Of a stretch of 43,605 nt of DNA, positions 10,670 to 21,826 are shown one piece after another (position 1 is the first letter of the stretch; each line of letters begins with the position of its first letter). The position numbers and the translations under genes are program-made. The notes under the pieces were generated by a model that was not told where the DNA came from, ran no database searches, and worked only from the letters and a program-made list of their open reading frames with translations. Source of the DNA: Octopus bimaculoides (taxonomy: Eukaryota); assembly GCF_001194135.2 (NCBI RefSeq), contig NC_068983.1, positions 122,154,277 to 122,197,881 of the forward strand, in the 5' to 3' direction.

Positions 10670-11035
10670 CATCATCATTTAATGTTCGTGCTTGCATGGT
10701 TCAGATGGAGCTTATTGGAGGTAGATTTTCTTGCCACCAACCCTCACCTGTTTCCAAGCAAAGTAATGTTTCCCATGGCCAGACATGATCTTCTAGAATA
10801 TTGGAAATGAATGAGTGACAATCATTTTACAACTATAAGGCAATGTCAAGACAAGGAGACACAAATACATACACTGTCACACACATATGTATGCAATGGG
10901 CTTGTTTCAGTTTCCATCTACTAGATCCACTCACAAGGCTATAGTAGAAGACACTTGCCTAAGGTGTCATGCAGTGGGATTGAACCTGGAACCATGTAGT
11001 TGGGAAGCAAGTTTCTTATCACACAACCACACATA
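10670..11035 (-). mobile_element. Near full-length tRNA-derived SINE
   Basis: Reverse complement has a B-box-like GGTTCAATCCC head, CACCTTAGGCAAGTGTCTTCTACTATAGCC body, a 3' half like 315-535 and a (GAT)n end. Confidence 0.7.
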
Positions 11036-11171
11036 TAACATATCAAGAAACCATTAATCAGTGTTACATATGTATCCAGACACCCTTTATCAAGTGGTGT
11101 TGATTAATGTTGTTTTTGTGCAATTATAACTGTTGAAAACACAAGATTTAATCAATGTTAGTAACAAATAC

Positions 11172-11223
11172 CTTTTACTCTTCGGTCAGGAAACTTAATT
11201 AAAGGCACATGTGGCTTTATGGC
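11172..11223 (-). CDS. KGD4: KGD4/MRPS36 exon 2
   Basis: tttgcag|GCC ATA AAG CCA CAT GTG CCT TTA ATT AAG TTT CCT GAC CGA AGA GTA AAA G|gtattt = AIKPHVPLIKFPDRRVK(G) (human VVKPHTPLIRFPDRR). Confidence 0.95.
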
Positions 11224-11706
11224 CTGCAAAAAAAAAATATATTTAATGTTATATGAGAAGAGATTTAGATCCTTATGCTATTATGCTAGTGATGGTTAAT
11301 TTGTCAACAAAACCAATAGAGAGTGGAGAAAGTCCTTTGTCTTGTGAAGCAACATCTCCGATATTAGTACCTTGATACATAAATTCACTCACTCTGTTGC
11401 AAGACCCTGGCCACATCAAACAAACAGAACAGTAAATAATAACTTTGTTCTTGTTATTGTGTAGTTCTAGGTCGACTCTAATTGAACAGACAGACATACA
11501 GTACATAGGTAATCAGTTGAATGATTAGATGTGACCAACACCACCAATCCCTTGCCACAGGTACAGCAGGATTTTACATTTTGTAGGACTATACTGTATA
11601 CTTCAACATTCAGTGATATATCATATAAGGTACACTGTAGCAATCTCAACAAATATTTTGTCTACTCTCCACCTTATATCTGTCTGTATATCGGTAGGCT
11701 CTAAAT

Positions 11707-12020
11707 TAGTGGTTCTCACTTGTTTTTTACGCTAGCAGACCCCTATTGCTACTCAAAGTTTAAAAACGAATTTTATAGATACTTCGTTCAAAATCCCTAC
11801 TTTGTTTTTCAAACGTTAACTTGTGTAGGTTGAACTATGTAAAATGTTAGAGGAAGAAATCTAACTGTTTCTTGTCATAAATACATGTAAAGCAAAAATT
11901 TTTTCATGGAACCTTAATATACTATTATTGATCCCCAATTTACTACTTTGCATCCATGGACCCCCCGAAAATCTTATACGGACCTCTAAAGATCATATGA
12001 ATCCTAGTTGAGAACTGCTG
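11707..12020. mobile_element. hAT (Charlie-like) MITE
   Basis: Termini TAGTGGTTCTCA / TTGAGAACTGCTG; 8 bp flanks CTCTAAAT and CTCTAGGT. Confidence 0.7.
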
Positions 12021-12039
12021 CTCTAGGTGATGTCCACAC

Positions 12040-12215
12040 CAGGGATGTCTTGACAGTGTTATAAGCCCCAGGCAAAGTAATGCATGGGGGGGCCTATAGT
12101 ATTTATTTATTGATAACAAGCTGCAGCTTACATAGATAAGCATGGACCCTCTAGATCTCTGCTCCCGCACCACCAGGCAATTGTCTACTGTGCTCATATC
12201 TTATGATGGTACTGG
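12040..12215. mobile_element. Possible second small MITE
   Basis: Imperfect inverted ends CAGGGATGTCTT / ATGATGGTACTG with an internal GGGGGGCC motif. Confidence 0.35.
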
Positions 12216-13895
12216 TCTACAACTGAGGTGAACAAAGTGGACTAAGAATGCAACATTTTAAAAAAGTATGCTTGTTATATATACTACTCACAATATGTAT
12301 CACAAGACAATGTTCAAAGAAAAAGAAAAAATATATAAACTCTGACAATCCAAAAGAAACAATAATATAAGCATTAAGAGTTCTTCCAAACTAATGAACT
12401 TGATGCTGTTAATGTTCAGCTTAAATTTTTGTGGATAAAACATGGTTTAGAAGGAATTTCCAGAAGACAGTACTTCTAATAAGGACTGAGAAGACTGTTC
12501 AATTAGGGGTTGGAGATGAGACCCAGTACTGATAACATGTAACAGAGGCAGAGAGGCTTGGCTATAATGTATGCAGCTTGGTATTTCAAAGAAACAGAAG
12601 CTGTAGAACTTGTTGTTTAGCCCCAGGTCAGTCCTGATCAGGCAGCTCAATAATCATAACAGACATCCCATCTCTTTTCTACATAAGGGACTAGTGTTTA
12701 ATGTGTCTTTGTTTATTTAAAATAGTAGGGCACAATTTGAGAGAGACTTGACTGCTACTTCTAGTAGGTTGATCGATCATACAGAGAAGAGCAGAGAACC
12801 ATTCGTTTTAGTACTGGGGGAGAATTGTAGGTGCACAAGAATATGGTGATACATCAGTGTTGAGAAAATAATTTTACAAATTCAAAAATAAGTTACTTAT
12901 ATTAAATTACTGTTTTGGCATTAAGGTTTAAACTTTTTTTTACAGTGGATTTTTCTATACTTCATTAATGAGTGGTTGCACATTTGAATGTAGGGAAAAT
13001 TCTGAGTAAGATGTTGTCCACACCTAGTGTGGAGGTTTACACCCAAACTGATCTGTGCAATAATAGAAGATATGTAGAAGAGAAATATATTATTAGGTAG
13101 TAAAGACTTATGCATGTGGTATGTTGGAGGTGAGAAACAGCTGGTATGAGCCATTTTGCAAGTGGAATAGGTAAATCAAAGATAATTAATTCTTCAATTT
13201 CAGTGTTTATAAGAAAACATGGACAATAAACAGGTTTCCAAAGCTAAAGTTTAGCAAGTTAAACTCACACAGAGTCAACTAATGAAAATAAACATCTGAA
13301 GGCATCAAGAACTTATACAAGCTTTATATTAAAGGTTAGTAGCAAAAATACATATATAACAAACATACTTTTTGAAAATCTCACTATTGACCTAATTAAC
13401 TGGACTTTTAGTGTGTGCGCATACGCCTTTGGTGATTTAAGAAGTTCGTAGACACCTAAAATGATTACGTAAAAAGTCCATTTCGTCTATTTAATCCGTT
13501 ATAAACATTAAAAAAACTTTTTTTTATATTCCTTCATATCAAGGCGTACAATAATTTATTGATACATTATAGTGGATAATTCATTTGACAATTTCCAAAG
13601 AGTTTAAATCGCATATGACAATGGGATAAAAGCAGTTTACTTCGCTCATCTCAAAATTCGGGGAACGAATCCAATGCACACGACACTTAATTAAAAAATC
13701 TTCTGGGAGAGCCTGGAGTCGACCTAAAGCATGATGAGTAAAGATTGGATAGTCGGAAATTGAATGGGAAGCCCGTCGAATTCGTGTCATTGCTTATTAC
13801 ACTGATTGTTAACCATCAAATTTACTTCAAGGGATAAAGTGTATGTGGAATACCCAATCACTTACACTGTAATTCGAGTTGGTTGTTCGAAGAAC

Positions 13896-14516
13896 NNNNN
13901 NNNNNNNNNNNNNNNNNNNNNNNNNNNNNNNNNNNNNNNNNNNNNNNNNNNNNNNNNNNNNNNNNNNNNNNNNNNNNNNNNNNNNNNNNNNNNNNNNNNN
14001 NNNNNNNNNNNNNNNNNNNNNNNNNNNNNNNNNNNNNNNNNNNNNNNNNNNNNNNNNNNNNNNNNNNNNNNNNNNNNNNNNNNNNNNNNNNNNNNNNNNN
14101 NNNNNNNNNNNNNNNNNNNNNNNNNNNNNNNNNNNNNNNNNNNNNNNNNNNNNNNNNNNNNNNNNNNNNNNNNNNNNNNNNNNNNNNNNNNNNNNNNNNN
14201 NNNNNNNNNNNNNNNNNNNNNNNNNNNNNNNNNNNNNNNNNNNNNNNNNNNNNNNNNNNNNNNNNNNNNNNNNNNNNNNNNNNNNNNNNNNNNNNNNNNN
14301 NNNNNNNNNNNNNNNNNNNNNNNNNNNNNNNNNNNNNNNNNNNNNNNNNNNNNNNNNNNNNNNNNNNNNNNNNNNNNNNNNNNNNNNNNNNNNNNNNNNN
14401 NNNNNNNNNNNNNNNNNNNNNNNNNNNNNNNNNNNNNNNNNNNNNNNNNNNNNNNNNNNNNNNNNNNNNNNNNNNNNNNNNNNNNNNNNNNNNNNNNNNN
14501 NNNNNNNNNNNNNNNN
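13896..14516. other. Assembly gap (N) in KGD4 intron 1
   Basis: N run. Confidence 1.
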
Positions 14517-15124
14517 TATATACATACATATACACACACACATATATATATATACTATATAATTTAACTAAACTTTCACAACTACTTCTATATTTTATAT
14601 AATAAAAGAAGAGAGGTTCTGACGGCTGTAAACATGTGCCGTATAGAAAATTGCCCATGTGCATGGTAAAAGTGGACAATGACAAATATCTATTTCGTCC
14701 TTTTGGTGAAAAGGTAAACAGGACAACATGACACGAGTCGGAAGACAGTTGTTACTTAACCCTAGGTTGTCCGTGATCGAGCAGACGTATGCTTAAAGGT
14801 ATTCTAACAGTTCCATCACATTTTTTTCTTACGCTCAGAGAACCTAAAACAACAGTACCCAAGGAGTCCTATCCTAAGACGATGGGGGTATATTGTGAGA
14901 GGAATTTCGCAGCTGCTTTCCGCAGATCAAGAGTGCGCGTAAAGATTCCCTCGTTGGCTCATAAGACAAAGGTCAAATATACAGGTAAATAAAAAAAACG
15001 GGCTTGTCTTAAAGTGGAGTCTAAAAAAAACTATTAGTATACGGTTGTTTATAGAAGGAACGAAGATGAAAAATAAAATAAGTACAACTCTTTATACTAT
15101 GACGTTCGTTATGCAATAACTCAC

Positions 15125-15154
15125 TCTTATCGTCCGGACACCAGATGCTGCCAT
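15125..15154 (-). CDS. KGD4: KGD4/MRPS36 exon 1, coding part (MAASGVRTIR)
   Basis: caat ATG GCA GCA TCT GGT GTC CGG ACG ATA AGA|gtgagt; phase 0 joins exon 2 to give an 86 aa protein; Arg/Ser/Ala-rich start resembling a mitochondrial targeting sequence; locally CpG-rich. Confidence 0.85.
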
Positions 15155-15521
15155 ATTGAGTCGACCTTCTTTATACTCCAAAAGTTATTTCCCTTGTCAG
15201 TTGCATTGGTGCTGCATGCAAAATTCATATCATTTTCAAGGGTTTTAATGAAAGATAGACGCCTAAACTATATACGAAGCAAAATTTGAACACGCACACA
15301 TGTATTTCCGAGTGGACAAACGCAAGAAGTGGTACTCAGCACTCAGCTAATTTGTTTTGGAGTTACTTATATTTTTAATAATAATTCTGACTGAAACTCA
15401 TTTGACTTAAAGTTTCATGGCTGCATAGGGTGGATCCATTTCATCAGGTCCATCCTACGTGCCCACGAAATTTTAAGCCATATGGAATTGAGTCAACTGT
15501 TATGAAATATGTGTGTGTGTG

Positions 15522-15822
15522 TGTGGCTTAGTGGTTAGGGTAATCGGGTCATATTCGTAAGGTCGTAGGTTCGATTACCAGCGGCGTGTTGTGTTTGAGC
15601 AAAACACTTTATTTCATGTTGCTCCAGTGTATTCAACTGGCACAAATGAGTTGTAAGGGCCGGTTTTGTCACACTTTGTGTCATGCTGAATCTTCCTGAG
15701 AACTATGTTAAGGGTACACATGTCTGTGGAGTACTCAGCCACTTTCACATTAATTTCACGAGCAGGCTGTTCTGCTGATTGGATCAACTGGACCCTGTGT
15801 CGTTGTAACCGATGGAGTGCCA
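15522..15822 (+). mobile_element. tRNA-derived SINE
   Basis: A-box-like TGGCTTAGTGG, B-box-like GGTTCGATTACC, then TGAGCAAAACACTTTATTTCA body. Confidence 0.75.
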
Positions 15823-15944
15823 GTATATATATGTATTTTTTCACTCATTTATTCTTATTCATATATTTATTTTTATTTATCAATTTATTTACTTATTTAT
15901 TTGTTTATTTATTTTGATTACTTATACATATGATTGTAATAAAT

Positions 15945-16130
15945 TAATTAATAAATAGATCCAAATGAATGTTTACAAGCTGATGTTTGTCGATTGATTA
16001 TCCTCTCCATTTTCTTATTTGCTTTATAAATTCTGGGTAAATTTCTGCTTTACCCCCACTCATACCAATTATTCAATTGCGCTACTGCCCTGCAACAGTA
16101 ATCACTTGGATATAAATACGTAGGTATACA
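15945..16130. repeat. Dispersed repeat, second copy at ~23765-23925
   Basis: Shared AAATAGATC..TGATGTTTGTC..TTATAAATTCTGGGTAAA..CACTCATACC.ATTATTCAATTG..CAACAGTAA..TTGGATATAAATAC. Confidence 0.8.
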
Positions 16131-16146
16131 CGCATGCACACACACA

Positions 16147-16250
16147 TATTTTAGCAGAAGTAACAGAGTGACTCGAGGTCTGAGAGTTTTGGAAGTGCCA
16201 ACGCACAAAACTCTCAAACCTTGTATCACTCTGTTACTTCTGCTAAATAT
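16147..16250. mobile_element. Small palindromic MITE-like hairpin
   Basis: TTAGCAGAAGTAACAGAGTGA..TGAGAGTTTTG / CAAAACTCTCA..TCACTCTGTTACTTCTGCTAA. Confidence 0.75.
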
Positions 16251-16483
16251 TAATAAGAATAAAACATTATTTCTGCAATTTTCACTGTCTTGCGCGCTTA
16301 CGCTTTGGTATTCCGCTGAATTTCGTTTTGAGAACAATTTAGGTCTTAGTAGACACAAGATGTGGTCTATTTCTAGCACATTAAATGTCCACTTTAGTGG
16401 TCAACGTTATATTAATAAGAATATACATATACTCATATTTGAGTTCTATTTTTCCTGTTTGCATCAACATACCTATATATATG

Positions 16484-16660
16484 TTTTGAGAAGTTAAAAG
16501 TTATTGGTCAGTCATAAAGTGACCATTGGTTTCACACCTATTAAGCACTTAGCAGTATAGGTGACTTGTCAGACTCAAATGGCGGCATATACAGCCTATA
16601 AAATAGGTGCAACACTAATGGTCACTCTATGACCAGCCATAACTTTTAACTTCCTAAAAA
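16484..16660. mobile_element. Palindromic MITE; related inverted copy at ~19672-19815
   Basis: GAAGTTAAAAGTTA..GTGACCATTGG..CACCTATT / ATAGGTG..TAATGGTCAC..TAACTTTTAACTTC. Confidence 0.75.
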
Positions 16661-17795
16661 AGTAGATTACTGCTTTAATGCATTAGAGTGTGCTTCTTTT
16701 TCGGATATGTGAACTACTGACAATTCATATACATGAGGGCGTACCTAAAAGTAACCGGAAACGTTCTCTGTGGGACTAGCCCATTGTAGTTCAGGCTTCC
16801 GCCGCTAGAAGCCACTTGATGAGACCATCAAACATAAGTTTGCTGACCGGTGGCAGCGGTTGAGGTTGCACTGTCACTTGTCGTGTCTTTGTGTTGCAGT
16901 GCTTCTCTCCTGTTTGTCGATTTTTGTGATAGCTGAAATGAAGGAACAGTGTGCTTCCATGAAATTTCTGTTTTCTGCTGGGGAAAATGGTAGCTGAAAA
17001 AGTTGTCATGCTTCAAGCAGCTTACAGGGACACTGCCATGAGAAAAACACAAGCTTTCGAGTGCTTTTCTTGCTTTAGGAAGAGTCACTTGTCGCTTGAA
17101 GGGTCAACATCAGCCTCCTGAATGAATGAAAACATCATGGAAATTCATAAATTGATCTTGGAGAGCTGTCGCCGAACAATTGACAAACTTGTTGATAAGA
17201 CTGGTGTGTCCTGGAGCTCCTGCCAATGAAATTTGAATGAGGAATTGCAAATGAAAAGAGTTGCAGCAAAATTTGGGCCTTGTTTGCTCAAGGAAGATCA
17301 AAAGCACTCGTGACTGAATGCGTGTCGTGAACTGAAAGAAAGTTGGAAGTTGATCCAGACCTTTATTCAAAGGTCATCACTGGTGACGAAAGGTGATGCT
17401 ACAGCTACAACCTGGAAACGAAGCAGCAATCAGGTCAATGGAAGCATTTAATGTCACCACGCCCCAAAAAAGCGCGTGAAGTGAAGTCCAATGTCAGATG
17501 ATGCTGATTTGTTTCATTGATCCGAAAGGAATTGTCTACATAAAATTTGTTCCTCCTGATCAAACTGTTAACCAGACATTTTACATTACAGTTCTGAAGC
17601 ATTTGCGAGATACGGTGAGACGAAAATGCCCCGACCTGTGACAAAGTAGAGAGTGGTGGTTTCGTCACAACAATGCACCTGCACACAGTGTGAGTCAGTT
17701 TTTTTTTGTTTGTTTTTTTTTACTAAAAATGGCATGGCCCCACTTACCCACCTTCTCTATTCACCTGATCTTGCTCACTGCAACACTTTTTGTTC

Positions 17796-18603
17796 TGTAG
17801 TGAAACTACCTCTATCACCATTATATACAAACAAATGCGAGTGTAGCAGAAAACACCTTATTCCCGCCTGCTGTGTCATCACCTGACTGACTATTCTTTG
17901 CGCGGGTAAATTATCTCCAGTCCGTTCACCCCAGAACGCAAACCGACCAACCGTAACCACTAATAAGGTTACGTGATAGAGTGTTTTTCTAATGCTCTCT
18001 GGAGCCCCTATTTTCCTATAAATAGCCTAAATTATCCGCGGCAAGTCGTCGCGGATCAAATCCTCACAGATCTGGTCGTAGACCACACACGTAACACAGC
18101 CAGCCAGTATAACACCAATCAGCCAGCAGTTCCAGCGACGACATCAACAGCCTCGTTCAACTACGACTACCAGCATCAACATGACTTCTACACGTACACA
18201 AGCTACCAAACAGCCACCGCAGCTTCTCTTCTCAACCCTGTTTGTGTGAATCGCCTCACCACGAAATGACAACCAGAATTCAGCCTGCGAAGAACATCTG
18301 TATTCAAGAATCCGGCCCGGCATAGAAGCCCCAACATCACGACGAGTGACCGCTTTGCCTTAACCTTAACCTCTTATATACAGACACTTACTACTGTGTA
18401 CCCTAAACTAAGAACTGGTATCTTATATTATTATCCGTGTTACTGACTCTTATCTATACTCTGTAACTCTTACATACACATACATACATTTGTATACACA
18501 CTTTTTTGTTTACATGACAGCCAGTCTTATATTGTGTTTTATTATGTCGCATTCACACTCACACACAGACATACAATTTAATGCTCCAATAAATCTTACT
18601 GTT
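17796..18603 (+). mobile_element. Probable LTR (solo LTR or element end) inserted in the mariner
   Basis: Starts TGTAGTG exactly where transposase homology stops; CpG-rich; TATA-like CTATAAATA near 18016; no protein similarity; far end lies in the gap. Confidence 0.55.
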
Positions 18604-19010
18604 NNNNNNNNNNNNNNNNNNNNNNNNNNNNNNNNNNNNNNNNNNNNNNNNNNNNNNNNNNNNNNNNNNNNNNNNNNNNNNNNNNNNNNNNNNNNNNNNN
18701 NNNNNNNNNNNNNNNNNNNNNNNNNNNNNNNNNNNNNNNNNNNNNNNNNNNNNNNNNNNNNNNNNNNNNNNNNNNNNNNNNNNNNNNNNNNNNNNNNNNN
18801 NNNNNNNNNNNNNNNNNNNNNNNNNNNNNNNNNNNNNNNNNNNNNNNNNNNNNNNNNNNNNNNNNNNNNNNNNNNNNNNNNNNNNNNNNNNNNNNNNNNN
18901 NNNNNNNNNNNNNNNNNNNNNNNNNNNNNNNNNNNNNNNNNNNNNNNNNNNNNNNNNNNNNNNNNNNNNNNNNNNNNNNNNNNNNNNNNNNNNNNNNNNN
19001 NNNNNNNNNN
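18604..19010. other. Assembly gap (N)
   Basis: N run. Confidence 1.
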
Positions 19011-19214
19011 TGCAGACGTGGAAGAAGTGAAGGGAAAAAAACGATGGAGGCGTTAAAAGGCATCACTTTACAAGAGTTCCAGGACTGCTTCGAACAGTGG
19101 AAAATACGTCTGGACCGATGCATTGCTTCAAACAGAATATTTAAAAGGCGGTAAAAGTATAAACATGTAAATCTAAGTGAAGAAAATGATATTATAAAAT
19201 TCTAGTTTCTTTTG

Positions 19215-19255
<41 letters not shown>

Positions 19256-19261
19256 TTATCA

Positions 19262-19665
19262 CGTTTGTCATCATTCAGCATCTGTTTTCCATGCTGGCAT
19301 GGCTTAGACAGTTCGACTGGGAATGGTAAGCCAGAGAGTTGTACCAAGCTCCAGTCTGATTTGGCTTGGTTTCTACGGTTGAATGCTCTTCCTAATGCCA
19401 ACCATGTCAAGAGTGTAGTGGGTGCCTTTTACATGTCACCAGCACGTGTGCCTCTTATATATCACCTGCACAGGTGCCTTTTATGTGTCACCAGCACTGG
19501 TCTTGATCACTTGTCATTGCCTCTGTGAGACTCAATATCTCAAGAGCATGCTTCACCACCTCATCTCATGTCTTCTTGGGTCTGCTTTTTCCACAGGTTC
19601 CCATCACAGTTAGAGATTGGCACTTCTTTACGTAGCTATCCATATACACTTCACACAGCTGTCCT
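19262..19665 (-). mobile_element. 5'-truncated RTE LINE (ORF C-terminus plus tail)
   Basis: Reverse complement gives GTCGKSRPKKT*DEVVKHA-type sequence followed by the 1-250 family tail. Confidence 0.7.
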
Positions 19666-20039
19666 TGTCCGTTGGTTTCGCACCTATAAATCGTTTTGTA
19701 GTATAGGCAACTTGTGAAACTCAAACTGAGTCTGACAAGTCACATTCACAGCTAAGCGCTTCATAGGTGTGAAATCAATGGTCACTCTCTGACCGGCCGT
19801 GATAATCAACCTTCTAAATATACTACTTCAGTTAAATATGAAATATCAACAGTCAAGGAAAGTTATCAACTGAAATAAGATACTTTCTCAATAATAGAAT
19901 GCATCCTCATGTCAGTATTAAAGTGTTCAAGCACTGCAAAAATTACAACTGGCATTTCTCAAAGAACTATAACATCCTCCTCTCTATCATTTTATATAAA
20001 TGAAAAATAAGGTACAGCATTGGAAAATTTGAAATTGGC

Positions 20040-20466
20040 AAAGGCGGGATGGGGGTAGAAGAAAAGAAATCAGCAAAATCAGTTAGTGAACCGAGACAAC
20101 TAGAGTCATGGCCACAAGCAGGCAGCCACTAAAGACAAACGGCCAGAGGGAGAAAGAAGGGAAACAATCAGCAACTATAAGACACAACTTAGCTCGACTC
20201 TATAATTTTCACTAGCTCAATTTCTTGTCTGTATTCTATCTCTACTGTGGATTACTACTACGAGAACGTGTACGCACATACCGGCCGAAATTAACTTTCT
20301 TAACCTCGCATGCTCTTTCAATTATATTATACCTGCCTGTTGATGTATGACATTATATTAAGTAACGGTAAATAAATATTTCTTTACAACATTGATCACT
20401 GTTCTTTTATCTTACAAAATGGCAAACAACGCCTATAACACATCTCGTTACAATTGGTGACCCCGA
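20040..20466 (+). mobile_element. LTR 3' part followed by a tRNA-Trp primer-binding site
   Basis: AATAAA near 20370; ...CTCGTTACA at TGGTGACCCCGA (20455-20466), complementary to the tRNA-Trp 3' end (..TCGGGGTCACCA). Left boundary uncertain. Confidence 0.6.
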
Positions 20467-20692
20467 GCTAAAGGATTGCAGCCTTCGCATGAACAGTTGT
20501 CACATACATCGATAACAATTTATAACCCTGACTAGGAATAACTACTTCCTTCTGATGCGACAAGAGCCGTTGCATATCGTTACAACTATCATAATATAAA
20601 CAGTTACACTAGTGACCACTGATTCCACCTTAACCATACCGTTACAATTGGTGACCCCGTCTAAAAACAATTGCTACCTTCTAATGCAACAT
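20439..20692 (+). repeat. Degenerate tandem array of the LTR-end/PBS junction
   Basis: CGTTACAATTGGTGACCCCG perfect at 20446-20465 and 20640-20659; degenerate copies at ~20501-20530, 20572-20592, 20601-20621. Confidence 0.75.
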
Positions 20693-20704
20693 AACTACAG
20701 ATTT

Positions 20705-21826
20705 CTGCCCCCGCTGACTTTGGATATTCGTAACTTTCAGAAAAAGGAATATTTTTTAATGAAATTTTCTACGAATATGTGTTATATCATGTAGATTCCG
20801 AATATGCACATTTTGTTTTTGGCGGCTGAGTGTTTTAGGAGTGGGTGAGGTGGGGTGGGGAATTTCGGAAAATTCACTGGAGTCCACTTCAATTCGTCTT
20901 AACTTTCAAGAAAATGAATATTTTTAAATGAAATCCTCTACAAATATACCTCGGACTATGTAGATTCCGCGGACATAGGAATTTTGGGGGAAAAACAAAT
21001 GAGGGCTATTTTTGAGGACCGTTCCCCACTCGAGGGTGTTTCGGAACAAGTCCATATTTGTTTAATTTTCTCCGTTTTGTGCGTTTGTGCATCCGTAGAT
21101 TTCTACCACGCACACACGCACGCACGCATAATTAAAAAAGTTCAAACGGGAAATTATTCCATTCAACATCATGTTTATTATAGAGATTGTTAACAAATTA
21201 TACTTTACACTTCTATATTTAACTGTGCGTGTATATTCCTTATTTTTGCTTCTGATGTCTTTTGCCTTTCTATCAGAAACGTTTACCTGAGAATTTACTC
21301 AAAGTGAAAAAAATCGTATGCAAAAGATAAGTCGTCTTAATAACGTATTTCAGTGTACCAGACCTTTAGCTGTTATTTTTAGCATAACGAGTTTTCTTTT
21401 GGGGGTGCTTCATTTGCCTTCATTGCCTGTTTGTTGCTTCAGTAGAAATTTACGGATGCACAAACGCACAAAACGAAACAAATATGGACGACTTGTTCCG
21501 AAACACCCGAGTAGGGAACAGTCTCAAAAATAACCCTCAATTGTTTTCCCCCAAAATTCTTACGTTCTCAGAATCTACATAGTCCGTGGTATATTTGTAG
21601 AGGATTTCATTTAAAAATATCGATTTTCTTGAAAGTTAAGACGAATTGAAGTGGACTCCGGTGAATTTTCCGAAATTCCACACCCCACTCCCTCCTAAAA
21701 CACTTTTCCCAAAACATTTTGTATAATCGGAATCTACATGATATAACACATATTCGAAGAAAATTTCATTAAAAAATATCCATTTTTCTGAAAGTTATGA
21801 TCATCCAAAGTCGGGGTGGGGGTCAG
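20705..21826. mobile_element. Foldback-like element: ~390 bp inverted arms (20705-21106, 21442-21826) around a 335 bp spacer
   Basis: The arms are mutual reverse complements; the ORF track shows the same pseudo-peptide on both strands (NFQKKEYFLMKFSTNMCYIM / NFQKNGYFLMKFSSNMCYIM). Confidence 0.9.

Larger units (their letters stand above)
16734..19225 (+). mobile_element. Decayed mariner transposon interrupted by an LTR-like insertion
   Basis: Left end TGAGGGCGTACCTAAAAGTAACCGGAA; frameshifted transposase ..RVAAKFGPCLL..VITGDE..HNNAPAH..YSPDLAHC (16945-17795); resumes after the gap with ADVEEVK..EFQDCFEQWKIRLDRCIAS (19011-19150); right end TTCTAGTTTCTTTTGGGTA. Confidence 0.88.

Noticed and set aside
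13731-13805. C/D box snoRNA-like ATGATGA...CTGA
   Set aside because: Antisense to the host intron, no terminal stem, and no rRNA complement that I can recognise.
13806-14685. Long ORFs of 175-275 aa in the track (also at 18490-19123, 38214-38997, 40151-40881)
   Set aside because: They are open only because they run through N gaps.
15522-15600. tRNA genes at A/B-box motifs (also 27448, 39775)
   Set aside because: No full cloverleaf; they continue into SINE bodies.
18355-18372. TTAACC repeats as telomere-like sequence (also ~22465-22480)
   Set aside because: Only two or three units and not TTAGGG.
20439-20692. CRISPR-like repeat-spacer pattern
   Set aside because: Eukaryotic context, no cas genes, degenerate repeats, and the spacers are homologous to each other; it is a minisatellite.
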